In this document: piece after piece, positions 1 to 8,852 of the stretch
Position numbering within the stretch: position 1 is the stretch's first letter
Layout: each line of letters starts with the position of its first letter
Source: an uncultured delta proteobacterium
Lineage (GTDB): Bacteria > Myxococcota_A > Polyangia > Fen-1088
NCBI GenBank assembly: GCA_963796685.1
Contig: CAWCMR010000025.1
Location: 1,760,001 to 1,824,000, forward strand
DNA: 64,000 nt
Reading direction: 5' to 3'
Notes under the pieces: generated by a model
The model's database searches: none
Told to the model about the DNA's origin: nothing
What the model saw: only the letters and a program-made list of their open reading frames with translations
Made by a program: the position numbers and the translations under genes

Positions 1-296
1 GTGATCGTGGTGGCGCCATACTGGCCGGTCACCGAGCTCGTATAGTTCGCGGTATCCGTGCAGTCCACGGGGCCCGTCGATGCCGAGGTGCCCCCGCTGC
101 CGGTGGTGCCGCCCTTGCTCGTGGCGCCGCCGCTGCCGGTCTTGCCGCCCGTGCCGGTGGTGCCGCCCTTTGCAGTGGTACCGCCCTTTGCAGTGGTACC
201 GCCGTTGCCCGAGCCCCCGCTGCCGGACGATGTGGGGGAAGCGGCACAGGACGTCGCGGCAGCGACGAGAGCGAGAACGAGTACAACCGAGCGCAT
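1..296 (-). CDS. Lipoprotein with Gly/Thr-rich linker, runs off the window edge (possibly GH12-like)
   Basis: ATG at 296 with GGAGG upstream. Translates MRSVVLVLALVAAATSC (lipobox), then GGTTAK repeats, then ...TGQYGATTI, which resembles the start of actinobacterial GH12 domains. Not in the ORF track because it is open at the edge. Confidence 0.7.
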   Translation of the reverse strand, partial: MRSVVLVLALVAAATSCAASPTSSGSGGSGNGGTTAKGGTTAKGGTTGTGGKTGSGGATSKGGTTGSGGTSASTGPVDCTDTANYTSSVTGQYGATTI

Positions 297-523
297 GGAA
301 CCTCCGGGAAACGGTAGATGGCAGGGGGACGGGCAGGAATAGGACACCATAGCCAGAACGGATGGGAAATCCCAGCGATCCCCGCCCTGCCTGTGACACG
401 CCGGTTTCGGGAGCTCCCGCACGCTCTGCTATCGTCAGTTTGAGCGCGGGGCTCCATGTCATTGTGCAAAAAAGCGCGGGGAAAGGCAGCTTCTCCCCGC
501 GCTCGCGGCTGGTGCCGTCCGCC

Positions 524-1618
524 TCAGTTTTTGAGCTGGGCCGATCGCTCGTCGGGCTTGGCGTTCGCGCCGAACTTGCCCCCGAGATAGCCTTTCGCCA
601 TCTCCTCGAGCGTGATGACCGGCACGTTCGGGGCCTGACCGGCTTGCCCGAACTGCTTCATGCGCTCCTCGCACACCTTCTGCATCGCAGCGCGGGCCGG
701 GGTCAGGTAGTAGCGCGGGTCGAACTCGGCCGGCTTCTCGACGAAGGCCTTGCGAATCGCGCCCGTGATGGCCAGGCGGTTGTCGGTGTCGACGTTGATC
801 TTGCGCACGCCGGCGCGGATGCCGCGCTGGATCTCCTCGACGGGCACGCCGTAGGTTTCCTTCATGGCGCCGCCGTGCTTGTTGATGATGGCGCAAAGCT
901 CTGCCGGTACCGAGCTGGAGCCGTGCATGACCAAGTGGCAGTTGGGCAGCTTGGTGTGGATCTCCTCGATGCGCTTCATGGCCAGCACATCGCCGGTCGG
1001 CTTGCGCGAGAACTTGTAGGCACCGTGGCTGGTACCGACCGCGACGGCCAAGGCGTCGAGGCCGGTGCGCTGGACGAAGTCGACCGCTTGATCGGGATCC
1101 GTCAAAAGCTGGGCCAGCGACATCTTGCCCTCGGCGCCATGTCCGTCTTCTTTCTCGCCCATGCCGCTCTCGAGCGAGCCCAGGCAGCCGAGCTCGCCTT
1201 CCACCGACACGCCGAATCGATGCGCGACGTTGACCACCTCGCGGGTCACGGCCACGTTGTACTCGTAGCTCGACGGGGTCTTGCCGTCTTCCTCCAGCGA
1301 GCCGTCCATCATGACGCTGGTGAAGCCGTAGCGGATGGCGCTTACGCAGGTGTCGATGGAGTTGCCGTGGTCCTGGTGCATGACGATGGGCAGCTCGGGG
1401 TAGAGCTCGGCTGCGGCCAGCATCAGGTGGCGCAGGAAGTTGTCGTTGGTGTACTTGCGCGCCCCACGCGAGGCCTGCACGATGACCGGGCTCTTGGTGG
1501 CCCGCGCGGCCTCCATGATGGCCTGGATCTGCTCCATGTTGTTGACGTTGAGAGCGGCGACGCCGTAGCCGTTCTTTGCTGCGTGGTCGAGAAGGGGACG
1601 AAGGGGAATCAGAGGCAT
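524..1618 (-). CDS. fba: Class II fructose-bisphosphate aldolase
   Basis: [42 protein letters not shown] and FDPR motifs. Confidence 0.96.
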   Translation of the reverse strand: MPLIPLRPLLDHAAKNGYGVAALNVNNMEQIQAIMEAARATKSPVIVQASRGARKYTNDNFLRHLMLAAAELYPELPIVMHQDHGNSIDTCVSAIRYGFTSVMMDGSLEEDGKTPSSYEYNVAVTREVVNVAHRFGVSVEGELGCLGSLESGMGEKEDGHGAEGKMSLAQLLTDPDQAVDFVQRTGLDALAVAVGTSHGAYKFSRKPTGDVLAMKRIEEIHTKLPNCHLVMHGSSSVPAELCAIINKHGGAMKETYGVPVEEIQRGIRAGVRKINVDTDNRLAITGAIRKAFVEKPAEFDPRYYLTPARAAMQKVCEERMKQFGQAGQAPNVPVITLEEMAKGYLGGKFGANAKPDERSAQLKN

Positions 1619-1751
1619 GACAGAAACTCCAATCGTATTGGGTGGAACGCATCAAATCATTGTCGACAGGTTGTCCTACAACATGGATCGGCCTGTCGGT
1701 AGGGCGATTTGTCCGAGCAATCGGACACTGCGGGAGGAGTAAACTGGCGAC

Positions 1752-3359
1752 ATGAAGAGAAGCGGGCTCACCCGTTGCATCCGTGTTTCCTCGCCAGGGG
1801 CCGTGTCGCTGGCGATCCTGTGCGGGGTCGTGGCGGCAAGCTGCGTCGCAAGCTCGCAGAAGCCCCCTGCCTCGGGAGGCACGCAGGGAAATGGCGGCGC
1901 GCAATCCGGCGGCGGTACGTCAGGAGCCGGAGGCGTGCAAACGACGGGTGGCTCGACGTCACATGGAGGCGCGCAGGGCGCGGGTGGCTCGTCGTTGTCG
2001 GGCGGCTCGCAAGGCTCGGGTGGTGTCTCGTTCATGGGCGGCTCGACGTCCGGCGGAGGTTCGGGCGGCTCGTCCTCGACCACCTCGAACCGCGATGGCG
2101 CTGTCGATGCACCACTTGGGGCTGGGGGCGATGCCGCCGACGGCACCTCCACGACCGACGTACGCACACAAGCCCCGCGTCCCGACGCCAGCCCGGACTC
2201 GTGCGGGGCTTGGGCGTTGACCAACGGGGTGTGCTGCGCCCAGTACTGCAGCAACGACAACAAGTCCGAGAGCTGCGACAAGTGCGGCGGCCCCGGCTCT
2301 GCTCAGTGCGAGGTGGTCAACGCCAAGGCGTGCACCTCGGGGCAATGGCCGGAGGTGCACTCGGTCAGCGACAATGAAGACTGGCATTACTCGCGCTCGA
2401 CCCACTTCGGAACGGCCCCCACGGGCGCCTGCGCCTTCGGCCTGTACGGCATCTGCTCTACGTCCATGAAGCTCGCCAACACGACCCTGCAAGCGCAGTG
2501 CGATACCTTCTGCAAGGCCTATCCCGACCTGTGCAAGGATCCCGGCAACGTCACCCTGCGCGGGAATTTCGCGGCCCCGCAGGGCAACTACTACACGCAG
2601 TTCTGGTCCAGCCTGCCCGGCGACCTCGACAACTATCTCTCCTGCGGCGAGTGCTTCGAGCTCGAGCGTACCCAGGACGATGGCAGCGAGTACCAGTCCG
2701 GCGCAAGCGGCTACACGCCGCCCATCGTGCTGCAGGTGGCGGACTCGTGTCCGTGCTCGGCCAATTCCAAGTGGTGCTGCGGCTCGGGGCGCGACCACTG
2801 TGGCGAGGTCGAGGGCGTCTTCAAGTACGGGTGTCAGCTTCCGCCGTCGCCGCCGCCACCGCCCGTCGACCACGATCCCCTGCCCAACGAAAGCATCCAC
2901 CTCGATCTCTCGGACATCGCCATGGCGCGACTGCAGACCGGCGACCCCAACGGCACCATCAGCGACGGGGTGATCCCGACCAAGTACAAGCGCGTGCCCT
3001 GCCCGGTGGTGGGCAACATGTACATCTGGCTGCGCCCGAACGCCGGTGCCTACTACTTCGCGCTGACCGTGGTGAACATGGCAGGCTTGGGCTCGGCGGC
3101 CAAGGTCGAGGCGCAGCTTCCCTCCGGGGACTGGGTGGCGCTCCAGCGCGACGGCAACTACAGCCTGTCCCGCCCACAGGAGCGCTTCGGCACGTGGGCC
3201 CTGCCGCAGGGCTATGGTCCCTTCGACCTGCCGGTCACCCTGCGCATCAGCGACGGATCTGGCCGCGCCGTGCTTGCCCCGAACGTCATCAAAGCCTGGG
3301 CGCCCACCGACTCGAGCCAGAGCGAGAACTGGTTCCTCGACACCGGGGTGCAGTTCTAA
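1752..3359 (+). CDS. Swollenin-like (GH45-like DPBB + expansin/CBM63-like) lipoprotein
   Basis: GGAGG RBS, signal peptide ending AASC and a Gly/Ser linker. Cys-rich core carries WHYSRSTHFG, GACAFGLYG, TLRGNFAAP, YLSCGEC, DSCPCSANSKWCCG, HLDLSDIAM, YYFALT, RPQERFG and DTGVQF. Confidence 0.85.
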   Translation: MKRSGLTRCIRVSSPGAVSLAILCGVVAASCVASSQKPPASGGTQGNGGAQSGGGTSGAGGVQTTGGSTSHGGAQGAGGSSLSGGSQGSGGVSFMGGSTSGGGSGGSSSTTSNRDGAVDAPLGAGGDAADGTSTTDVRTQAPRPDASPDSCGAWALTNGVCCAQYCSNDNKSESCDKCGGPGSAQCEVVNAKACTSGQWPEVHSVSDNEDWHYSRSTHFGTAPTGACAFGLYGICSTSMKLANTTLQAQCDTFCKAYPDLCKDPGNVTLRGNFAAPQGNYYTQFWSSLPGDLDNYLSCGECFELERTQDDGSEYQSGASGYTPPIVLQVADSCPCSANSKWCCGSGRDHCGEVEGVFKYGCQLPPSPPPPPVDHDPLPNESIHLDLSDIAMARLQTGDPNGTISDGVIPTKYKRVPCPVVGNMYIWLRPNAGAYYFALTVVNMAGLGSAAKVEAQLPSGDWVALQRDGNYSLSRPQERFGTWALPQGYGPFDLPVTLRISDGSGRAVLAPNVIKAWAPTDSSQSENWFLDTGVQF

Positions 3360-3362
3360 CCA

Positions 3363-3761
3363 TCAACCTTTGCGCAGCAACCGCAGGCCGCAGAGAGCGC
3401 TCAGGGTCTCGAAATCACGATCGTGCTCCAAGACTTCCATGTCGCGCTCAATCGCGATGGCCGCGATGAGACAGTCGACGGTCCCGCGCACGGAGCGTCC
3501 TTTGGATCGGCAGCGCCGAAAGAGGTCGGCGGCATGTTCGTAGGTTTCCGGAAAGACCGGCTCGACGTGTTGGCATGTGGCCAGAAGTCGCTGCAACTCG
3601 GTTGCATGCTTGTCGCCGCGAGCACCCTGCATGACCTCCTGAACGATCACGCCCGTGACGAACACGGGATCCCCGCGTTCGAAGGCGAGGGACAAAATAC
3701 GATCGGAAGGCGTGCCGGTTGCGCGCAACCACGCGATCCACGCTGAGCTATCGACAAGCAT
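3363..3761 (-). CDS. vapC: VapC-family PIN-domain toxin
   Basis: LVDSSAW...QEVMQG...VDCLIAA...HDRDF acidic PIN motifs; directly downstream of a small antitoxin. Confidence 0.9.
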   Translation of the reverse strand: MLVDSSAWIAWLRATGTPSDRILSLAFERGDPVFVTGVIVQEVMQGARGDKHATELQRLLATCQHVEPVFPETYEHAADLFRRCRSKGRSVRGTVDCLIAAIAIERDMEVLEHDRDFETLSALCGLRLLRKG

Positions 3762-3773
3762 GGCACGGTCGCT

Positions 3774-3971
3774 CTAGCGTGCTTTTCGCATCTCGGCGAG
3801 ATTTCCGCTCCAGCCTGATCCGCGAAGCTCGACTGCCAGACGCCGTTGTTCTTCGCGGTTGACCAATTCCTCCAGCGCGCGTGCGAGAATGTCGCGGGTG
3901 GTTCGCCCCCCCGTGAGCTTCTTCGCCCGAGCGAGCATTCGCGTGTCGAGAACGACGTTGGTGCGTTTCAT
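3774..3971 (-). CDS. vapB: VapB-family ribbon-helix-helix antitoxin
   Basis: MKRTNVVLD...ARAKKLTG...ALEELV...WSGNLAEMR (65 aa); GGAGG upstream. It is the 3' part of the 3774..5207 ORF. Confidence 0.88.
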   Translation of the reverse strand: MKRTNVVLDTRMLARAKKLTGGRTTRDILARALEELVNREEQRRLAVELRGSGWSGNLAEMRKAR

Positions 3972-4051
3972 ACACATTCTATACACCTCCCATGCCGGGC
4001 CTGCCAGGCTAGGCCGCGATAGCCGCAGAAGGTCGCGGGCGTGGCCGGTTG

Positions 4052-5377
4052 TTACGGCCGCCAGGTCACGAACCACAGACGGTGATTGGCGGCCGCGGTG
4101 CTGATGGAAAACTCGCCCCACACCGGCGCGTAGAAGATGGACACGGCGAGCGCAAGACCGATGTAGCCGACAATCCATCTTCCGTGCTTCTTCTCGAGGT
4201 GCGCGGCGAAGCCGGCCAGCATGACCAGCAGGAAGGCGTAGCAGGGCAGGTAGTAGTGGCTGAAGGTGTAGTTGCCCCGCGTGCCGCGGGTCGCGAGCCA
4301 GGGCGCCATGAAGGAGAACCATCCGAGCATCATGAGCAGGGCACCGCGCGTGGTGTCCGCGCCGAGAAAGCCCAGCCAGTAGCGCTTGAAGCGCGAGCGA
4401 ATGGCGATGACCAGCGTGGTGATGGGAAACGCCACCACCAGCAGCGTGGACGTGGCCCAGAAGACGAGATTGCCGACGCTGGACGAGTAGCGCGACTTCA
4501 ACCCCGAGGTGGACAGCTTGATCACGATGGGGTGCATGAGGATGGGCCAGCCGTACCACGGCGAGGTCAGATCGTTGTGGTAGTGCCCGAGATCGAGATG
4601 ATGCTTGTACAGGCCGATGATGACCTTCCAGGTCGAGATCGGATCGCTGGGCTTGCCGGTGAGACGGAGCGCGCCCATCCAGATGAGGGTGTGCACGATG
4701 GGGACCAAGCCCAGCCACAGGACCGAGAAGATAGAAACCCGACGCACCAGCAGGATGGCCACGGCAGCGGGAATGGCGGTCATGACGCCACTCCATTTCA
4801 CGGAGGTGGAAAACCCAATCAGGATGGCCGAGGCGACCACGCCCTTCCAGGTGCGCGCACCCAGCGCAGCCACCATCCCCCACAGCATGAACGAGATCAT
4901 CATCCCGTCGAGCAGACCCGAGCGGGAGTAGGAGATGAAGAAGCCGTCCGCCGCTACGAACGCCGCGGCCATCCAACCTGCGCGCTTGTCGCCAAACAGC
5001 GTCCGGCCAAGCCAGTAGGCCAAGAACACCGTCTGCAACCCGAACAACAGCGGCACGAAGCGCCAGCCCAGGGAGTTGTAGCCGAAGATCAGCATGCCCA
5101 CGGCGATCAGCATCTTGCCCAAGGGCGGGTGGTCGTTGTTGTCGGCGATGGAAAGCGCGTAGTTGTGGGCGTTCTTGACGAAGGGCTCTTCGTCGAAGGT
5201 GAACCACGTCGGCCAGGGAACGCCCTGAATCCGAATCACCACCCCGCCCACGATCATCGCGGCCAAGAATCCGGTGACCCAGCGCTCTGCCACCGACATG
5301 GCCTGCCAGGTCTGGCGCAGTTGCGCGACCTTGCCGCGCAAGATCTCCCCGATTCCTTGGGCGGCGGCAAGCTTCAT
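4052..5377 (-). CDS. Phospholipid-carrier-dependent glycosyltransferase (GT39/PMT-like protein O-mannosyltransferase)
   Basis: FDEEPF, DHPPLGK, SRSGLLD, SVKWSG, SPWYGWP, GNLVFW and FSHYYLP motifs; many TM helices; ATGA overlap with the upstream gene. Confidence 0.85.
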   Translation of the reverse strand: MKLAAAQGIGEILRGKVAQLRQTWQAMSVAERWVTGFLAAMIVGGVVIRIQGVPWPTWFTFDEEPFVKNAHNYALSIADNNDHPPLGKMLIAVGMLIFGYNSLGWRFVPLLFGLQTVFLAYWLGRTLFGDKRAGWMAAAFVAADGFFISYSRSGLLDGMMISFMLWGMVAALGARTWKGVVASAILIGFSTSVKWSGVMTAIPAAVAILLVRRVSIFSVLWLGLVPIVHTLIWMGALRLTGKPSDPISTWKVIIGLYKHHLDLGHYHNDLTSPWYGWPILMHPIVIKLSTSGLKSRYSSSVGNLVFWATSTLLVVAFPITTLVIAIRSRFKRYWLGFLGADTTRGALLMMLGWFSFMAPWLATRGTRGNYTFSHYYLPCYAFLLVMLAGFAAHLEKKHGRWIVGYIGLALAVSIFYAPVWGEFSISTAAANHRLWFVTWRP

Positions 5378-6015
5378 TGGGGAATTACGCAGTCCGTGAG
5401 GTTGCCGACCGCGACGCTTTGATCGACGGGGCTGAAGTTGCCCGTGGCCGACCAACGCAAGGAAACGGTCCTGAGCACCCCGACCACATGGTAGTTGCAC
5501 ACCACGGTGAATCGCTGCGTGGGCAGGGATCCTTGCAGGATAGGCGCCTCCCACAGCCCCGCGGCCAGAAACAGCTCGTTCTTCACGGTGTTGAAGGGCT
5601 GCAGCACGTTCGGATCGGTATCCGGGCTCGCCCACGGCTGGCTGTTGGCGTGGTAGCCGCAGTGGACCGGGCCAAAGGACTTGTCCGACGCGCAGGCCAG
5701 GTTCTTCTTGTCCTCGCGAACCAGCGTCACCTCGATCATCTTGGTCGAGCCGAGGTGCCAGCCCTCGGTCTGTTGCGAGTACTTCTCCTTGTAGCCGGTC
5801 CAGGCCAGGACCAACCAGAGCGCGACCCCCATGCACAGGAAGCCGAACACCGTATAGAGCAGAAGGTTCCTGGGGGGATCCAGCTTGACCTCGGGGACTG
5901 GGGGCGGGGCTTCCGGAGCCGGCGGCGGTTCCGTGCCGGTTGGCGCCGATGTGGACGACGTGTCTGCTGAGGCGACTTTCGCATCGCCTGCCACCTCTTC
6001 AGGCGAAGGACTCAT
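5374..6015 (-). CDS. Hypothetical single-TM membrane-anchored protein, coupled to the PMT gene
   Basis: Pro-rich N-terminus, one TM helix, extracytoplasmic domain with 4 Cys; its stop overlaps the PMT start. Confidence 0.7.
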   Translation of the reverse strand: MSPSPEEVAGDAKVASADTSSTSAPTGTEPPPAPEAPPPVPEVKLDPPRNLLLYTVFGFLCMGVALWLVLAWTGYKEKYSQQTEGWHLGSTKMIEVTLVREDKKNLACASDKSFGPVHCGYHANSQPWASPDTDPNVLQPFNTVKNELFLAAGLWEAPILQGSLPTQRFTVVCNYHVVGVLRTVSLRWSATGNFSPVDQSVAVGNLTDCVIPQ

Positions 6016-6163
6016 GTCCAGGGACTATTCCATCTCGTGCCTTCCGTCAACTCGTACCTGCGAGGTGCATCAAGCGCACGGAAGCGCAAGGGATCGTGAC
6101 GTGACCCTCGTCACCCCTGACCCTGATCGTCGAGGTGTGTCGCCCCTGTGCTATCGTTGGTCG

Positions 6164-6994
6164 ATGCGATTCGCGCGCCTGCTCCTTCCTGCGGCGCTAG
6201 CCTGCGCCGCGTGTGCGGCGACCTGCGCGCGTAGCGGCCGAACGGCAAGCGCCATGGTGGAAGTCCCAGGCGGATCCTTCGCCATGGGCAGCGACGCAGC
6301 CGAGGCCAACGCGAACGAGAAACCGGTTCACCAAGTGACCGTCGCGACTTTCCGGTTCGACCGCACCGAGGTGACGGTGGGGGCCTACGTCGCCTGTGTG
6401 CGCGCTGGAAGGTGCAGCGAACCGGAGCCCTACAAGGCCGAGCGCGGCAACTACCGCGTGTTCTGCAATTGGCACCACCCCGAGGGCAGGGAAAACCATC
6501 CCGTCAATTGCGTGGACTACGAGCAGGCGAAGGTCTTTTGCGCCTGGGCGGGCAAGCGCCTGCCCACGGAGGAGGAGTGGGAGTACGCCGCGCGGGCCGG
6601 TGCCGAAGGTCGGAAGTTTCCCTGGGGCAACGCCGAGCCCGACCCGACCCGCCTCAATGCCTGCGGCCCCGAGTGTACGAAGAACCTGGTCGCGCAGCGA
6701 TTCCCCGGCGGTAACCCGATGTATCCCGCGAGCGACGGCTGGCCCGAGACCGCCCCGGTCGGCAGCTTTCCGGCCGGTGCCTCCAAACACGGCGTTCTCG
6801 ATCTCGCTGGCAACGTGTGGGAGTGGACGTCGTCCCCGTACGCGACCTACGACGGCCGCACCTCGGAACCCAAGCGCGTCCTGCGCGGCGGGAGCTGGGG
6901 CGGGATGGACGCCCGCACCGAGCGCACCACCAACCGCTTCCGACTGGATCCATCGAGCCGAGCGCAGTTTCTGGGATTTCGCTGCGCGAAGTAG
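6164..6994 (+). CDS. Formylglycine-generating enzyme (SUMF1/EgtB/PvdO) family exported protein
   Basis: FAMGS, EKPVHQV, TEVTV, HPVNCV, RLPTEEEWEYAAR, DLAGNVWEW, RGGSW and GFRCA motifs. Confidence 0.9.
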   Translation: MRFARLLLPAALACAACAATCARSGRTASAMVEVPGGSFAMGSDAAEANANEKPVHQVTVATFRFDRTEVTVGAYVACVRAGRCSEPEPYKAERGNYRVFCNWHHPEGRENHPVNCVDYEQAKVFCAWAGKRLPTEEEWEYAARAGAEGRKFPWGNAEPDPTRLNACGPECTKNLVAQRFPGGNPMYPASDGWPETAPVGSFPAGASKHGVLDLAGNVWEWTSSPYATYDGRTSEPKRVLRGGSWGGMDARTERTTNRFRLDPSSRAQFLGFRCAK

Positions 6995-7006
6995 GAAGCG
7001 CTAGCT

Positions 7007-8773
7007 TCAGTGCTGCGCGCTCAGATCTCGGGCCACGGCGAAGACCCCTTGGATGGCGCCGTTCGGGCCGCGGTAGGGTGTGGCATTGAACGAGACGGGA
7101 ATGTGTGCGCCGGAGCTGGAAACCAGGTCCAGACGATAGTCCCTGACTTGGCCACTGGCAAAGGTGGCGGCTACCCCGGCACGGGCGCGGTCGGTGTCTG
7201 TGAAGTAGGTCTCGAAGCGGGTTCCGACCAGGTGCTCACGCGCAACCCCGGTGAGCTTCTCGGCAGCGTGGTTGACGTCCGTAACGATGCCGTCGCGGCT
7301 GATGGTCACCATGAGGTCGAGCCCGCTCTCGATGAGACCGCGGGCGTAGGCGTGGGCCTGCTCGAGCTCGCGAATGAGCCGGCGAGTTTCGCGGATGTCG
7401 CGAGCCGCGGCGAACACACCTTGCACGACGTCGTCCGCGTCGCGGTAGACGGTGGCATTGAATGAAACCGGGATCGACGATCCGTCGGCCGCGACCCAAT
7501 CGAGCTCGTAGTTGCGGACCTGCCCCGTGGCCAGGGTCTCGGCCAAACCTTGGGCCGCGCGCGCGGGATCCGCGAAGAAATCTTGGAACTTGGCCCGCAG
7601 CAGCTGTTCGCGGGACCTTCCGCTGAGCTCGACGAGAGCCTGGTTGACATCGCTGACGGCGCCGGCAAGGTCGATCACCAGCAACGCATCCAAGCTCGCT
7701 TCGAGCAATCCTCGCGCGTAGGTCTTCGAGCGCGCGAGCTCGCCGAAGATCGCCACCGAGACGCGGTTGATGCACACGATAGCCTCGTGCACGAGGCCGT
7801 CGCTTCGATCGCGAAACACCATGGCGTTGAAGACCACGGGCACCGCTTCGGCGCCCTCGCGGTGCAACTTGCGCGGCACCGCGGTGCTCTTGCCTTGTGA
7901 AAAGCAATGCCCCAGGTCGGCGGCCAATGCCTGCGGGTTGGCGAAGAGGTCCGCCAGGTTGCGGCGAATGAGGTCGGCCCGGCGGTGGCCCACCAGGTCG
8001 CAGAAGGCCTCGTTGAGGTCGGTGATGATTCCTTGCTCGGTGACGGTCGCCTGCGGCTCGCCGAGGCCGCCGAGCAGGCCGGAGGTATAGTGGTGCGCGT
8101 AGTGCAACTGGCCGATGCGCTCTTCGGCGCGCTGAGCTTGCTTCTCGGCCGACGAGTCGACGGCGGCCTGGGACATGAGCTTGAGCAAGCTGTCGACGTT
8201 GGCACGGGTCGGGAACGCCCATTCATGGCGCGTGGGCAGGTATACGAGCTCGTGGATCACGAACGCCCCGTCCGCGTCGTCCTGCTGTTGCCGGCTCAGC
8301 TCGGCCAGGCGCTCGATGGTGCCGGCGTAGTCGACGAGATCGCCTTGGCCGTAGCCGGTACAGTAGGGCTTGATGGTCAACAGCGGCCCCCACGCGCCTC
8401 CGTCGAACAGCCAGAACGGGAACCACTTGCACACGATGTAGCGGTTGTCGTGCTTGGCGCACCGGTTGTGCTCGTCGAGAAACGGGCATGGATCGTAGGT
8501 GAAGGTCGCGGTCTTGCGCGCGTACCTGCAACACTCTCCGCACTGCACACAACGGTGCCGAGTCTTGCCCGGGATGACGAAGTGGCTCTTGGTAACGACG
8601 CGAACCAGCTCAGGGTCGCTGGTGGGCAGCCCTTGCTGCACCAGCCAGTCGCCTCGCGCCTGGGCGTCGAGCTGGTTGTAGGCTTCCAGCTTGGGCCAGA
8701 TGTCGGCCGGCCAGGCGCTGTGCCCTTGCCGGGCGGAAGAGGGGTGTCGTGCGCGTTTGGGTCTATGACTCAA
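7007..8773 (-). CDS. YkgJ-like Cys-cluster domain fused to three PAS domains, no output domain
   Basis: CVQCGECC...CPFL...C..H..R..VCKWFPF...C at the N-terminus. Three PAS repeats follow (ITDLNEAF, VSDVNQAL, VTDVNHAA; C-terminal ARD motifs). The TTG start is uncertain. Confidence 0.8.
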   Translation of the reverse strand: MSHRPKRARHPSSARQGHSAWPADIWPKLEAYNQLDAQARGDWLVQQGLPTSDPELVRVVTKSHFVIPGKTRHRCVQCGECCRYARKTATFTYDPCPFLDEHNRCAKHDNRYIVCKWFPFWLFDGGAWGPLLTIKPYCTGYGQGDLVDYAGTIERLAELSRQQQDDADGAFVIHELVYLPTRHEWAFPTRANVDSLLKLMSQAAVDSSAEKQAQRAEERIGQLHYAHHYTSGLLGGLGEPQATVTEQGIITDLNEAFCDLVGHRRADLIRRNLADLFANPQALAADLGHCFSQGKSTAVPRKLHREGAEAVPVVFNAMVFRDRSDGLVHEAIVCINRVSVAIFGELARSKTYARGLLEASLDALLVIDLAGAVSDVNQALVELSGRSREQLLRAKFQDFFADPARAAQGLAETLATGQVRNYELDWVAADGSSIPVSFNATVYRDADDVVQGVFAAARDIRETRRLIRELEQAHAYARGLIESGLDLMVTISRDGIVTDVNHAAEKLTGVAREHLVGTRFETYFTDTDRARAGVAATFASGQVRDYRLDLVSSSGAHIPVSFNATPYRGPNGAIQGVFAVARDLSAQH

Positions 8774-8852
8774 TGTGGCCGTCGTTCTGCCACGAAGTGG
8801 CCATCCCAGAGTACCACGGAGTGGAAATGCTGCCCGTTGATGGCTGCGGGCG

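Noticed and set aside
3748-3975. 75-aa ORF as the antitoxin
   Set aside because: Wrong frame; the RHH antitoxin is 3774..3971.
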